A stretch of DNA of 64,000 bases from assembly GCA_963665095.1 (NCBI GenBank), contig OY762069.1, forward strand, positions 4,512,001 to 4,576,000. The letters run 5' to 3'. Below the pieces are notes generated by a model. That model saw only the letters and a list, made by a program, of their open reading frames with translations. It had not been told where the DNA came from and did no database searches. Position 1 is the first letter of the stretch. Every line of letters begins with the position of its first letter. Position numbers and translations under genes: made by a program. This document shows positions 19,110 to 27,527 of the stretch, piece by piece. The DNA is from an uncultured Desulfobacter sp. (lineage in GTDB: Bacteria > Desulfobacterota > Desulfobacteria > Desulfobacterales > Desulfobacteraceae).

Positions 19110-22100
19110 CAGATCTTCCTCCTTTTCCAGCCAAAGACCAGCAGGGCAAGGCCCAGGGCCACGATCACCATCACGGCCCAGGAGGAGCCCGAGGAGGTCA
19201 TCTGGGTCTTTTCAGCCTTTTCCTCCACCATCTCATAGCCTTTGATCTTTTTGTCGTCCTCTTTCCTGGCCGTCATCTTTTCTTCTTCTTTCAAAGGCTC
19301 AACCTTCTCCTCCTGCCGGTTCTTGGCCGAGGCATCTGCCAGCTCCTTGCGCATTTCCTGATGAGCCGCCTCATGTTCAGCCTGGGTTTTGCCCACAGCC
19401 TTGGCAACGGTCATCTTGAACTGCTCAATCTGTTTGGGGGTGAGCAGACCGTAAAGGGAGACAATATTGGTGACAAACTTCTGGAGCATGGGGTTGTTGC
19501 AGGTATGCTCACAGCAGGCCACGCCCTTTTCAATGACATCCAGGGCATATTCCCGGGCCAGGTCCTTTTTAACCTCTTCCGGGGCTTTCCAGTAGCCTTT
19601 GCGGTCGGCCTCCAGCATACGTGCGGCCATGGACTCCCGGGCCCAGGGGTTATTTTTGTCAAAGAACTCCTTGAGCTCCATGCCATACTTGTCCTGGATA
19701 TAGACCTCATAGATCTGCTGCCATTGGGTACCGTCCACGGCAAAGGGGGTGACCACCTGCCATCCCCAGAGATGTTCGGTGAACCGGTTCATCTCCCGGG
19801 CACCGGCGTAGTTCTCCTTTTTCATACCTTCAATCCATTTGGGGTTAAGGTATCGGGAGCGCAGCTCCTTACCGATGGCGGTTTCAATGTCCTCCACAAA
19901 GGCGTTGTCCGGATCTGCCTGGTTGGAGAGCACCACCTCGGGATAGCTTCCCTTGACCCGTTTGACCGCCAACGCCAGCCCCCCGAGCTCGGAAAAGACC
20001 CCGTCCGTATCCAGGCTTTTAAAGATGTTGGAAGAGCGGCTGTGCATGGTGATGTCCACCCCTTCCAGGTTCTTCTTGTATGCGGATTTTAAAGGCTTGC
20101 CCCAGATGCCTTTGCCATAGCCGAAAGAGACGAAATTGATAAAGACATCGGCTATTTCATCATCATTTTCCCAGGTGCCCGAGGCCGGTACCAGGTCTTC
20201 AATGGTGTTACCGTAGGAGCCGGGCTCGTTGGAGAAGACCCGCAGTTTTTTGAGCCGGTCGGCATCTTCCTTTGAATAGCCCTTTTCCACCAAATATTTT
20301 CCAATGGTCTCGTTGTGAAGGGCGATGAAGTTTTCCACATCTTTAAGCTGTCCCGCCTTTTGCACGGCCTCGTCCAGCAGCAGGATCAGGCTGGGAAAGT
20401 TGTCCCGGAAAAGGCCTGACACCTGCATGTGAACGTCAATGCGGGGACGCCCCAGCACCTGGCCCGGGATGGGTTCAATACCCCTGACCTTGCCGTTTCC
20501 GTCCCACACCGGCTCCATACCCAGCAGGTACAGGGCAGTGGCCACCTGGGTGCCTTCGTTGCGCTGCAGCTCAATGCTCCAGAAGACCAGGGCAATTTTT
20601 TCCGGAAATTTGTTGTGTTCCTTTTTATACTTGTCAATAAGCTGTTCAGCCTGTTCTTTACCGATCTGCCAGGCATCCCGGGAAGGTATCTTGGCCGGGT
20701 CAAATCCGTAGAAATTGCTGCCCGTGGGAATGGCTTCAGGGTTGCGCAGGGGGTCGTTGGCCTCGCCGGCCGGCACATAGCCGCAGGAGAGCCCGTTAAC
20801 CAGATGATTGATCTCCCGGTCGCACTGGCCCAATTTCTCTTTGACCCCGGCAAGTTTGAGTTCCGGGTTGCGCTCCACAATCAGGTCGGCAAACTCATCC
20901 AGGGCCTCTCCCTGGGGTGAATCTCCAAAGGTGTGCAGGCCGTAGGGCAGCATGGATTCATTGATTTCCAGCAGATAATGCTCTACCTTTTCCACAGCTT
21001 CCTCATCAAAAGCCTCAATCTTGAGATCCTTTAACAGGCCCAGCTTTTCCACCATATCCTGGATACGCACCCGTTTTTTTGCAGCCAACTCCGGATTGTT
21101 CTCCATGGTCTGGCTGTATTGGGAGATGAGATCGGACAGCTCTGAATACTCGGCATAAGACCCTGCCTTTTTCATGGGCGGAATGAGATAATCAATGATC
21201 ACAGCCCTTCCCCGGCGCTTGGCCTGGACCCCTTCGCCGATATCATCCATGACATAGGGGTAGATGTTGGGCAGATTCTGGATCAGCACCTCGGGGCAGT
21301 CGGACTGGCCCAAGCCTGCCTGTTTGCCCGGCAGCCACTCATGGGTGCCGTGGGTGCCAAGGGAGATCAGGGCATCGGCCCTGAACCCCTTGGTCAGCCA
21401 CAGGTAAAAGGTGGTGTACTGGTGATGGGGCCACAGCGTGGTGGAGTGATACAGCTTGGTGGGTTCGTCGTGCCATCCCCGGTTGGGCTGGGGCACCAGC
21501 ACCACGTTGCCAAGCGTGACGCCGGGCAGAATAAACTCACCGTTCTTTTTCATGATCTTGCCCTGTTCGGGCGTTCCCCAGTCCGCTTCAATCTCACGCC
21601 GGTATTCAGGGTCAAGCCCGGCATACCACTCTTTGTATTGGGACACGGGCAGACGCACCACCTGGCCCTTGGCGATCATTTTGTCCAGCTCGCCAGGCGC
21701 CCAGGAGCCGATGTTGCGGCCCGTGGAGAGAATCAGCTCCTTGATATCCTCTTCCGTGGGCATCTTCCCTGTGACGGTGTAGCCTTCAGTTTTGAGACGT
21801 GCCAGGATCTTTTCAATGCTTCTGAACACATTCAGGTAAGTGGCCCCGACATTCTGCTTGCCCGGGGTGTGGTTCCAGAACATGATCACCACCTTTTTGT
21901 CCTTATTGGCCTTGGCTTTAAGGTTGAGCCAGGCCTGGACCCGGGTGATGAAGAAATTTAGGTTTTCATCAATGGCGTCATAGGTGTACAGATCTTTCCC
22001 GGTGAGTGCATCCTTTTGAACCACTTTGCCCCCGATGGCCGAAGGCTCGATCAGTCCGTACATCTCAGGATTTGCCATGGCATAGCTCACCTCCATGGGG

Positions 22101-23077
22101 CCTAGGCCCTGGGCATCTTTCCGCCACTCAGGCACTGTCAAAAAATGTACCCGGAAAGGACTTAACACCGGCACATTGAGCCGGGAAAAGAGCTCTTTGG
22201 CAAAGGCTGCGTCATGGGGAGAAAACTTAAAGGCCATGGAGGCCACCAGATCCACCCGGGAGAGTCCGGTTGCCGCATCCATGAAATAGGCATTTACGGA
22301 TTTGGACGCAGGGTATGAATAGACCGAAAGGACATTCAGACCGGCAGCCTCCAGTTTATTGATCAGTTTTTCCACCACTGCCCCGGTCTCCCCGGGGTAA
22401 ACATAGGTGTTCATCTCGGGAATGCCGATCCAGTAACCTTTTGGGTGATAATTCCCGCTGGCTTTGTACCACTTAAGATACGTGTCAAAATCAGAAAAAA
22501 CCGTTTCACTTTTTGGGTGAAAAATGCCCTGGGCAGGGACAATCTGGGGCAGAGCATAGGCGATATCGAGTTTCAGTTCCCGGTGCATGAGAAAATAGAG
22601 CAGGTTGCTTAAATTCTTCTGTGTCAAAGGATGGGTGTACCCCTTGACCTTTGGATCGGAAATAATTTTATCCGGATCATTGGGAACTGTGGAAAGCCCG
22701 AAAAGTTTGGTGCGGGAAAAATCCACCTCTTTAACGGCAAACTCCCGCAGGGTTCTGAACATGTCATCCACAAGAACGATTTTAGACTTTTTAATAACGT
22801 CCACATCAATGCGGTCGGCGGCCAGGTCTTCTTCCGTATAATACCGGACATCCACAGTGGCCGCATCCGGGTTCTGGCGGACCTGTTCCAGGGCGCGGCT
22901 TATTTTCCAGGAATAGGTGGAGCCGCCCAGAAAGGTGATTGTGTCTGTCTTTTCATTGGCCTGGGCTGCCGTCATGGCGGTGCTCGCCAGTATGCAGATC
23001 AGGGATAGTTGGAACAGTGTCAGGCCCCAAAAGACCCGGTGGAAAAAAACACGTACCAAATTTTGAAAGGATTTCAT
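19109..23077 (-). CDS. CobN/magnesium-chelatase-H family protein, copy 2 (exported, C-terminally anchored)
   Basis: 1322 aa; PHHQY, SLGTHGTHEWLPGK, QAKRRG, PTGSNF, RPRIDV and RYLNPKWI motifs; signal peptide (…AAQA|NEK) and C-terminal TM + KRRK. Confidence 0.92.
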   Translation of the reverse strand: MKSFQNLVRVFFHRVFWGLTLFQLSLICILASTAMTAAQANEKTDTITFLGGSTYSWKISRALEQVRQNPDAATVDVRYYTEEDLAADRIDVDVIKKSKIVLVDDMFRTLREFAVKEVDFSRTKLFGLSTVPNDPDKIISDPKVKGYTHPLTQKNLSNLLYFLMHRELKLDIAYALPQIVPAQGIFHPKSETVFSDFDTYLKWYKASGNYHPKGYWIGIPEMNTYVYPGETGAVVEKLINKLEAAGLNVLSVYSYPASKSVNAYFMDAATGLSRVDLVASMAFKFSPHDAAFAKELFSRLNVPVLSPFRVHFLTVPEWRKDAQGLGPMEVSYAMANPEMYGLIEPSAIGGKVVQKDALTGKDLYTYDAIDENLNFFITRVQAWLNLKAKANKDKKVVIMFWNHTPGKQNVGATYLNVFRSIEKILARLKTEGYTVTGKMPTEEDIKELILSTGRNIGSWAPGELDKMIAKGQVVRLPVSQYKEWYAGLDPEYRREIEADWGTPEQGKIMKKNGEFILPGVTLGNVVLVPQPNRGWHDEPTKLYHSTTLWPHHQYTTFYLWLTKGFRADALISLGTHGTHEWLPGKQAGLGQSDCPEVLIQNLPNIYPYVMDDIGEGVQAKRRGRAVIIDYLIPPMKKAGSYAEYSELSDLISQYSQTMENNPELAAKKRVRIQDMVEKLGLLKDLKIEAFDEEAVEKVEHYLLEINESMLPYGLHTFGDSPQGEALDEFADLIVERNPELKLAGVKEKLGQCDREINHLVNGLSCGYVPAGEANDPLRNPEAIPTGSNFYGFDPAKIPSRDAWQIGKEQAEQLIDKYKKEHNKFPEKIALVFWSIELQRNEGTQVATALYLLGMEPVWDGNGKVRGIEPIPGQVLGRPRIDVHMQVSGLFRDNFPSLILLLDEAVQKAGQLKDVENFIALHNETIGKYLVEKGYSKEDADRLKKLRVFSNEPGSYGNTIEDLVPASGTWENDDEIADVFINFVSFGYGKGIWGKPLKSAYKKNLEGVDITMHSRSSNIFKSLDTDGVFSELGGLALAVKRVKGSYPEVVLSNQADPDNAFVEDIETAIGKELRSRYLNPKWIEGMKKENYAGAREMNRFTEHLWGWQVVTPFAVDGTQWQQIYEVYIQDKYGMELKEFFDKNNPWARESMAARMLEADRKGYWKAPEEVKKDLAREYALDVIEKGVACCEHTCNNPMLQKFVTNIVSLYGLLTPKQIEQFKMTVAKAVGKTQAEHEAAHQEMRKELADASAKNRQEEKVEPLKEEEKMTARKEDDKKIKGYEMVEEKAEKTQMTSSGSSWAVMVIVALGLALLVFGWKRRKI

Positions 23078-24984
23078 TTGCTTGTCTCCTTGGAGGATTC
23101 GATGCCGGCGATGAGCGCCCCAAGCCCTTTGGCAACGGCCGGAGGAATTTCATCACAGGTACAGGGTGCCGGCGCAAGTTCCCTGCCGCAGATGGCAGCG
23201 GTAACTTTTCGGCAGGTTTGATCCCAGAACGGGCTGTCCGTGATCAGATCCTTTTCACGGGCATCGGCCACAGCCAGGGCAGATTCTAAAAACGAGGCAT
23301 ACCAGGGGTCGTCCATGAGCTGTTCAAGGCGTGCCACAAGGGGCCTAAATGCCATGGTGGTCTGAAATTTTCTGACCAGGGCTTCCAGGCTTAGGCCCCG
23401 CTCATCAAGCCGCTGAAAAACCGTTCTGCCGGGCAGGATACCATTCTGGCCGGCAATGGCCCGGGTGACGCCTTCATGAACCGCTTTTGCCATAAGCTCG
23501 GCAATCTTGCTGTGCCCGCCGGCATAGGCCACGTCCAGGCCGTCTCCCTGGATGATCAGCATATTGTCCGTGCCGGTTCCTGTGGCAGGATTGCGCCACC
23601 CGGTATAGGTGCTGCGGATATCCAAGTCTTCAAGCGCTGCGGTTTTACCCTCGGTGGCGGAGATAATGGCCCTGGACATGGCGGCAACGGAAAGTTTTCT
23701 GTTGACTGCCAGGATAATGTTAATGGTGCCGTGGGAGAAATAGTACCCCTGGTCCTTGGAAAACCGCATGGCATTGCCCCGGACCCCGGCTGTTACAAAG
23801 GCTGTCACCGAAAGGTCTTTAAACCGTTTCGTTGCCACGGCCAGATTATCCATATCAGCCCCTGTCATAAGTCCGGTAAATTTGCCTTTGCCAAAGCCTA
23901 AGTTTTTTTCGCACGTCTCCTGGACTCTTTTTACCCCGGTGCGCATATGCCCGAGACTTGCAGCCATGGGAATATAGGTGTTGCCGCACCCGTCCAAATC
24001 GGTTTGAAGACCGTTCAGGGTGGAAAGAACCGTCTGAGGCGTCTTAAAGCGGAGGACGAGACTCTTATATGGGGTGTCTGCCACCCGGTGGCCGACCACT
24101 TCAGCATCGGAAAGATAAGGCAGGCTGTCCGGTTCAATTGACACCGTACGATGCCACAATTTTTTATCCTGGGTCACAGCCCGGTCAGGATCGGCAAACA
24201 CCTCGGGATAGAGCATGGCAGAAAGCCACTGAACAAAATCCCCGGTGGCAGTTGAGACCCGGCAGGTCAGCTCGCAGGGAAACATGTAGATCCGGCCGTT
24301 TTTTACGGCATCCACAGTTTTAAAGTCATCCGTGGCCAGCAGTTCCCGAACCGCATCCGCATTGGCATTGCAGCCGTACACCACCTGAGGGTTAAACTTT
24401 TTCCAGGCCTTTGCATCCATCTGAACCCAGGAGCCGCTTTGCCCCCACTGGGGAGCAATGCCGCCGGCCGACCGGATCATTTCATTCTGAAAAGAATCAT
24501 CCCCGGGGCAGCTCAGAGACGTCCCACTGCCGATCACCCGGGCCACCCGAACCTTATGCAGATCCTTTTCCCGGGCCTGGTCAAAGGAATTCGTGGTAAT
24601 GGGCAGCACCTTAACGCCTTCGCCTACCGCTTTTTTGATCTGTTCGACTTTTTTCAAAGGACAGATCACCAGATCGGGTGCGAATGTTACGATTGCCGGG
24701 AGATCAAGGTTAAAATAACCACCAAGACTTTCGGCCTTAAGTGCGGCATGGTACATTAGATCCTGCCGGGTTACCGCCACGATTCTGTCTTCTCGGCCCA
24801 TGGCAGCAAGCATCTGAGTCACCCCGGGCGCAAGGCAGACGATGCGTTCCGGGGGACTGGAAAAGCTTATTTCCCGGCCGTCAGCTCCTTGAATCAAGGT
24901 TGAAGCGTTCCCTGCAAAACAGACCTGGCCTGCGCAAAGGAAGAAAGCAACACTAAAAACAATCAAAAAAATTCTGGTTTTCAT
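23074..24984 (-). CDS. Periplasmic cobalamin-type binding domain (BtuF-like) fused to adenosylcobinamide amidohydrolase (CbiZ-like)
   Basis: Signal peptide; PERIVCLAP, PDLVI and DAVKNGRIY (class III binding protein); then GLMTGADMDN, VTAGVRGNA, GTINI, TEGKTAAL.DL and ATGTGTD (CbiZ). Confidence 0.85.
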   Translation of the reverse strand: MKTRIFLIVFSVAFFLCAGQVCFAGNASTLIQGADGREISFSSPPERIVCLAPGVTQMLAAMGREDRIVAVTRQDLMYHAALKAESLGGYFNLDLPAIVTFAPDLVICPLKKVEQIKKAVGEGVKVLPITTNSFDQAREKDLHKVRVARVIGSGTSLSCPGDDSFQNEMIRSAGGIAPQWGQSGSWVQMDAKAWKKFNPQVVYGCNANADAVRELLATDDFKTVDAVKNGRIYMFPCELTCRVSTATGDFVQWLSAMLYPEVFADPDRAVTQDKKLWHRTVSIEPDSLPYLSDAEVVGHRVADTPYKSLVLRFKTPQTVLSTLNGLQTDLDGCGNTYIPMAASLGHMRTGVKRVQETCEKNLGFGKGKFTGLMTGADMDNLAVATKRFKDLSVTAFVTAGVRGNAMRFSKDQGYYFSHGTINIILAVNRKLSVAAMSRAIISATEGKTAALEDLDIRSTYTGWRNPATGTGTDNMLIIQGDGLDVAYAGGHSKIAELMAKAVHEGVTRAIAGQNGILPGRTVFQRLDERGLSLEALVRKFQTTMAFRPLVARLEQLMDDPWYASFLESALAVADAREKDLITDSPFWDQTCRKVTAAICGRELAPAPCTCDEIPPAVAKGLGALIAGIESSKETSK

Positions 24985-25000
24985 TCACTGCCTGTTCATC

Positions 25001-25083
25001 AAAAAGGTGGGGGCGGCGTCAACGCCGGGTGGCATTGACGCCTTTCTAAAGCGGTGTGAGTGAACTTTTTCACCCACACCTTT
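25001..25083. other. Structured intergenic stem-loop between the receptor and BtuF-CbiZ genes
   Basis: AAAGGTG...CACCTTT outer arms enclose the hairpin GGCGTCAA...TTGACGCC. Confidence 0.45.
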
Positions 25084-25106
25084 GTACTAATTTCAAGCTG
25101 TTTCGA

Positions 25107-27083
25107 TTAAAAAGAGTAGTTCAGGCCCATGTACATGGTTCTGCCGGGGGCCGTATATCCCTGGACCATGGCGTAATCCCTGTTAAACAGGTTTGTAATT
25201 TCACCTTTAAGCGACATCTTTCCAGATTTTTCAAAGGCACACAGAACCTTGGAGAAGGAGATATCGACAATGGTATCGCCGCCAAGCCGGGTTTCGCCTG
25301 TTCCCTCGTAGTCTGTAATATCATGTTTGCCATAGTAGGTAAAAGTCAGGCAGGAGGTAAACTCCAAGGCCTCATTATTCAGCTTGAGTCCCCAGGAAGC
25401 ATTCCAGTGCTGGACATAGGAAAGGTCTTCGCCAGTAGCGTCATCTTCATACTTGGTCATATAGGTAATAGATCCGTAAGGAATCAGTTCCGTATTCCAG
25501 CCAAGCATAGCCCCCATGTCAAACTGCATGTTACCTTCAAAGCCTTCAAAGGTAGCACCTTCTACATTTTCGTACTGGGTTACGCCCAGATCGGAATTAT
25601 ATGAATAACTGATCTTGTTTTTATATTTGGTGTGAAAACCGGTCAGGCCGACAGTGACGCTATTTTTGATATAGTCAATTCCCATTTCATAGGTCTTGCT
25701 GCTTTCAGGGTCCAGATCCTCGTTCCCGGACCAGATGCCGAAGCCCCAGGCACTGTAATCAGTGTACATGTAAAGCTGTTCAGCTGTGGGCATTTTAAAG
25801 GCTTCAGCATAATTGGCGCGCACTGAAAAACCGGCCGGCAGCTTGTATACAGCACCTACACTCTTAGACCAGTTGTCGTTTTCCTTGCTTCTGCCGTCGT
25901 CACCTTCCACTTCGTACTCATCATAGCGGCCGCCCAGGGAGAGGATCAGTTTGTCATCCAGCAGAAAGGTTTTGGCCAGCAAAAAGAATGCGGGGTTGTC
26001 ATAGGTGTTGTCTTTACCCTCATCCGTATTTGTGTTGACAATGGAATAACTGGTCCAGTCAAAACCGCCGGTAAGATTCAGGAAGTCCCACTTGGCGGTA
26101 ACCTGTGCCTGGGCGCCCTTATGCTCTGTATTTCTGAAATAGGAAGCTTCTTCGCCGGGAGCGTCATAGGTTTCGTATTCATCTTTTCCCTGGAAGTAGC
26201 GCAAAGACCACAACAGAAATCCATCCATGGCCTGGCCGTCATAGAACATATCGGCAGACCGCAGGGCATGCTCAATACAACCTTCCAGATCATTATCGCT
26301 TAAATAATCAGGGGCCCCGATCTGGTTGCCTTCGTAATCGGAAAAAGAGAAACCGATCCGGTTCTTGGGCATGAAGGTATACCCCGCTGTGATATCGAAC
26401 TTATCCTTGGAGTCGTATCCGGTGTTGTAATAGTGGAGCCCGTCACCGGTATCATAATCACCCTGGGATGCTTTGGATGCACTTACGCTGAAATCAAAAT
26501 TGGCAACATCGCCGGAAAGATCCACCTGGCCTTTTTTGTAATCCCAGCTGCCAAGGGTGCCTTCAACAGATCCGTGAACTCCGTTGGAACCGCGCTTGGT
26601 GATGACGTTAATGACCGCGCCCATGGCGGACGCCCCATACTGGACAGATCCGGGACCCCGGATAATCTCCACCCGCTCCACATTGTCCATGGAAATTTTG
26701 GCCAGGTTGCCTGTGCCGGATCTGCGCCCGTCAATAAGGATCAGCACAGAGCTTGACAGGTCATTACCGTGGGTTTCGGTGTTAAACCCCCGGGCATACA
26801 CTGAAATAGTGGAATTCGGATATTCCCGAATCAGCAGCCCTTCTTTGGCAAGAACGTCGCTTAAGTCATCCGCAGAGAGCACTTCAAGCTCTTCGGGTCC
26901 ATACACCGTTACATTGGTGCTGACATTTTGTTTTTTTTCAAGAATTCTACTTGAAGTGACCACCATGGTCTCCTGGACCACAGTTTCGGTTTCGTCATTT
27001 GTCTGGTTTTCTGAGGCTGCCGCAGATTGAACAAAGGCCAGCAGAACAAAAGATACAGCAAGGAAAATCAGCTGCTTTTTCAT
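25107..27083 (-). CDS. TonB-dependent receptor, copy 2 (BtuB-like, riboswitch-proximal)
   Basis: AGGAG RBS before MKKQL; TonB box ETMVVTS, LILIDGRR, NVERVEIIRGPGSVQYG, GNEDLDPE and C-terminal YSF. Confidence 0.93.
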   Translation of the reverse strand: MKKQLIFLAVSFVLLAFVQSAAASENQTNDETETVVQETMVVTSSRILEKKQNVSTNVTVYGPEELEVLSADDLSDVLAKEGLLIREYPNSTISVYARGFNTETHGNDLSSSVLILIDGRRSGTGNLAKISMDNVERVEIIRGPGSVQYGASAMGAVINVITKRGSNGVHGSVEGTLGSWDYKKGQVDLSGDVANFDFSVSASKASQGDYDTGDGLHYYNTGYDSKDKFDITAGYTFMPKNRIGFSFSDYEGNQIGAPDYLSDNDLEGCIEHALRSADMFYDGQAMDGFLLWSLRYFQGKDEYETYDAPGEEASYFRNTEHKGAQAQVTAKWDFLNLTGGFDWTSYSIVNTNTDEGKDNTYDNPAFFLLAKTFLLDDKLILSLGGRYDEYEVEGDDGRSKENDNWSKSVGAVYKLPAGFSVRANYAEAFKMPTAEQLYMYTDYSAWGFGIWSGNEDLDPESSKTYEMGIDYIKNSVTVGLTGFHTKYKNKISYSYNSDLGVTQYENVEGATFEGFEGNMQFDMGAMLGWNTELIPYGSITYMTKYEDDATGEDLSYVQHWNASWGLKLNNEALEFTSCLTFTYYGKHDITDYEGTGETRLGGDTIVDISFSKVLCAFEKSGKMSLKGEITNLFNRDYAMVQGYTAPGRTMYMGLNYSF

Positions 27084-27114
27084 CTTACACATCTCCTAAA
27101 TAGAGCCCGGGCAT

Positions 27115-27151
27115 AAAAAAACCCGGACTTTAAAAATAATTAAATCCGGGG
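27115..27151 (-). terminator. Intrinsic terminator of the riboswitch expression platform
   Basis: Minus strand CCCGGATTTAA-ttattt-TTAAAGTCCGGG followed by T7, between the aptamer and the start codon. Confidence 0.75.
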
Positions 27152-27216
27152 ATTTCCCAAACTATCCTTTAGGATCTGTTGCGCACGCGCCCCCAGTCCA
27201 CGAGGGTGCCGGCTTT

Positions 27217-27402
27217 ATGCTCAGACAGGTCTTCTGACTCCCGAGTCATCCTTGCCCTGCCCCTTCCCGGCAGTGACTGCCAGTGGTTTTTGCAGAGAAA
27301 GTCTTCGGTTACAGCGGCGGGCCCGTTCCTGACTTTAACAGGATTCCCTTGGACCGTCCATCCCCATGGAACGATCAAGCGGTTTTCACGCACCTGAGCA
27401 AA
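27217..27402 (-). ncRNA. Cobalamin (B12) riboswitch 1
   Basis: Minus strand GCTCAGGTGC...AAGGGAATCCTGTTAAAGTCAGGAACGGGCCCGCCGCTGTAA...CCACTGG...GGGAAGG...GAGTCAGAAGACCTGTCTGAGC (B12 box, closed P1). Confidence 0.93.
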
Positions 27403-27410
27403 TAATTTTG

Positions 27411-27443
27411 TAGGTTATTATTCCCTTTTGTCTGTATTGTCAA
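27411..27443 (-). promoter_or_regulatory. Sigma-70 promoter upstream of riboswitch 1
   Basis: Minus strand TTGACA (27443-27438), 17 nt, TAATAACCTA; the same layout occurs upstream of riboswitch 2. Confidence 0.6.
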
Positions 27444-27527
27444 TGGCGGAACAAAAACAGACCCGGTTAATTATTTGGGGGTCACCCTCCCTTTTACCAG
27501 CCGGTTAAATCTATTCCATATAAAAAA

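Noticed and set aside
27169..27397. Short ORFs upstream of receptor 2 as leader peptides
   Set aside because: They overlap the cobalamin riboswitch aptamer, which explains the region.
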